NCBI RefSeq assembly: GCF_018350175.1
Contig: NC_058383.1
Location: forward strand, 10,294,001 to 10,358,000
Reading direction: 5' to 3'
Origin: Felis catus
Taxonomy: Eukaryota
Length of the DNA: 64,000 nt
The position numbers were made by a program, and so were the translations under genes. This document shows, in pieces, positions 63,473 through 64,000 of this stretch (its first letter is position 1; the number at the start of each line of letters is the position of its first letter). The notes beneath the pieces were generated by a model. The model was not told the origin of the DNA. It saw only the letters and a list, made by a program, of their open reading frames with translations, and did no database searches.

Positions 63473-63808
63473 TGTTGTTTTTTCAAAGAACCAACTTTTG
63501 GTTTGGTTGACTTTATTGCTTTTCTATTCTCTTTTTCATTTACCTCCACTTTAATCCCTATTATTTCCTTCCTTCTACTAACTTCGGGTTTAGTTACCTC
63601 TTCTTTGTCTTTTTCCTTAAGGTATAGAGTTAAATTACTCATTTGAGATCTTTCTTTCTTTTTTTGAATGTAGGCACTTTTTTTGAATGAGCACTGCTTT
63701 TGCTACATTCCTTATGTTTTGGTATGCTGTGTTTTCGTTTCATTTGTCTCTAAGTATTTTCTAATTTGCCTTGATTTCTTCTTTGAACCACTTAAGATTG
63801 TGTTGCTC

Positions 63809-64000
63809 GGGGCACCTGGGTGGCTCAGTCGGTTGACTTCGGCTCAGGTCATGATTTCACGGTCCGTGAGTTCCAGCCCCGCATCAGGCTCTGTGCTGAC
63901 AGCTTAGATCCTGGAGCCTGCTTTGGATTCTGTGTCTCCCTCTCTCTCTCTGACCTTCCCCCATTCATGCTCTGTCTCTCTCTGTCTCAAAAATAAATAA
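63809..64000 (+). mobile_element. Carnivore SINE running to the window edge
   Basis: GGGGCACCTGGGTGGCTCAGTCGG head; tail at the window end. Confidence 0.92.

Larger units (their letters stand above)
60500..63808 (-). mobile_element. Old L1 (3' UTR and decayed ORF2) hosting younger insertions
   Basis: ORF 62344-62685 reads DMIISSMDVERAFDKI...[20 protein letters not shown] (L1 reverse transcriptase); 63445-63642 reads NLTLYLKE...KPEVSRRKEII. Multiple stops and frameshifts. Confidence 0.9.

Overview
Mammalian genomic DNA, GC-rich and rich in carnivore tRNA-derived SINEs and a young feline-type L1 end, so most likely cat or another felid. The window is the orthologue of part of the human 7q11.23 Williams-Beuren region. 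It holds three protein-coding genes. CLDN4 is intronless (+, 7597-8226, 209 aa). METTL27/WBSCR27 (-) has five coding exons between 10028 and 13485 that I assembled by hand with GT-AG junctions (253 aa); the ORF track misses the exon at 12466-12601. TMEM270/WBSCR28 (+) has three coding exons between 26087 and 27833 (235 aa). After ~28 kb I find no credible gene: the sequence is intergenic (toward ELN by human synteny) with SINEs, L1/L2/MIR, DNA-transposon and LTR relics, microsatellites and a few motif-dense AT-rich islands. Nearly all other ORFs in the track are GC-rich or repeat-derived noise. I found no new multi-gene biological system. The most interesting signals are local: an apparent L1 3' transduction with target-site duplication (TSD), a 5'-inverted L1, a recent 80-bp duplication inside an ancient LTR, a nested transposon stack, and C-terminal frame differences in METTL27 and TMEM270 relative to the human proteins as I recall them. 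Repeat family names are from recall, not a database search.
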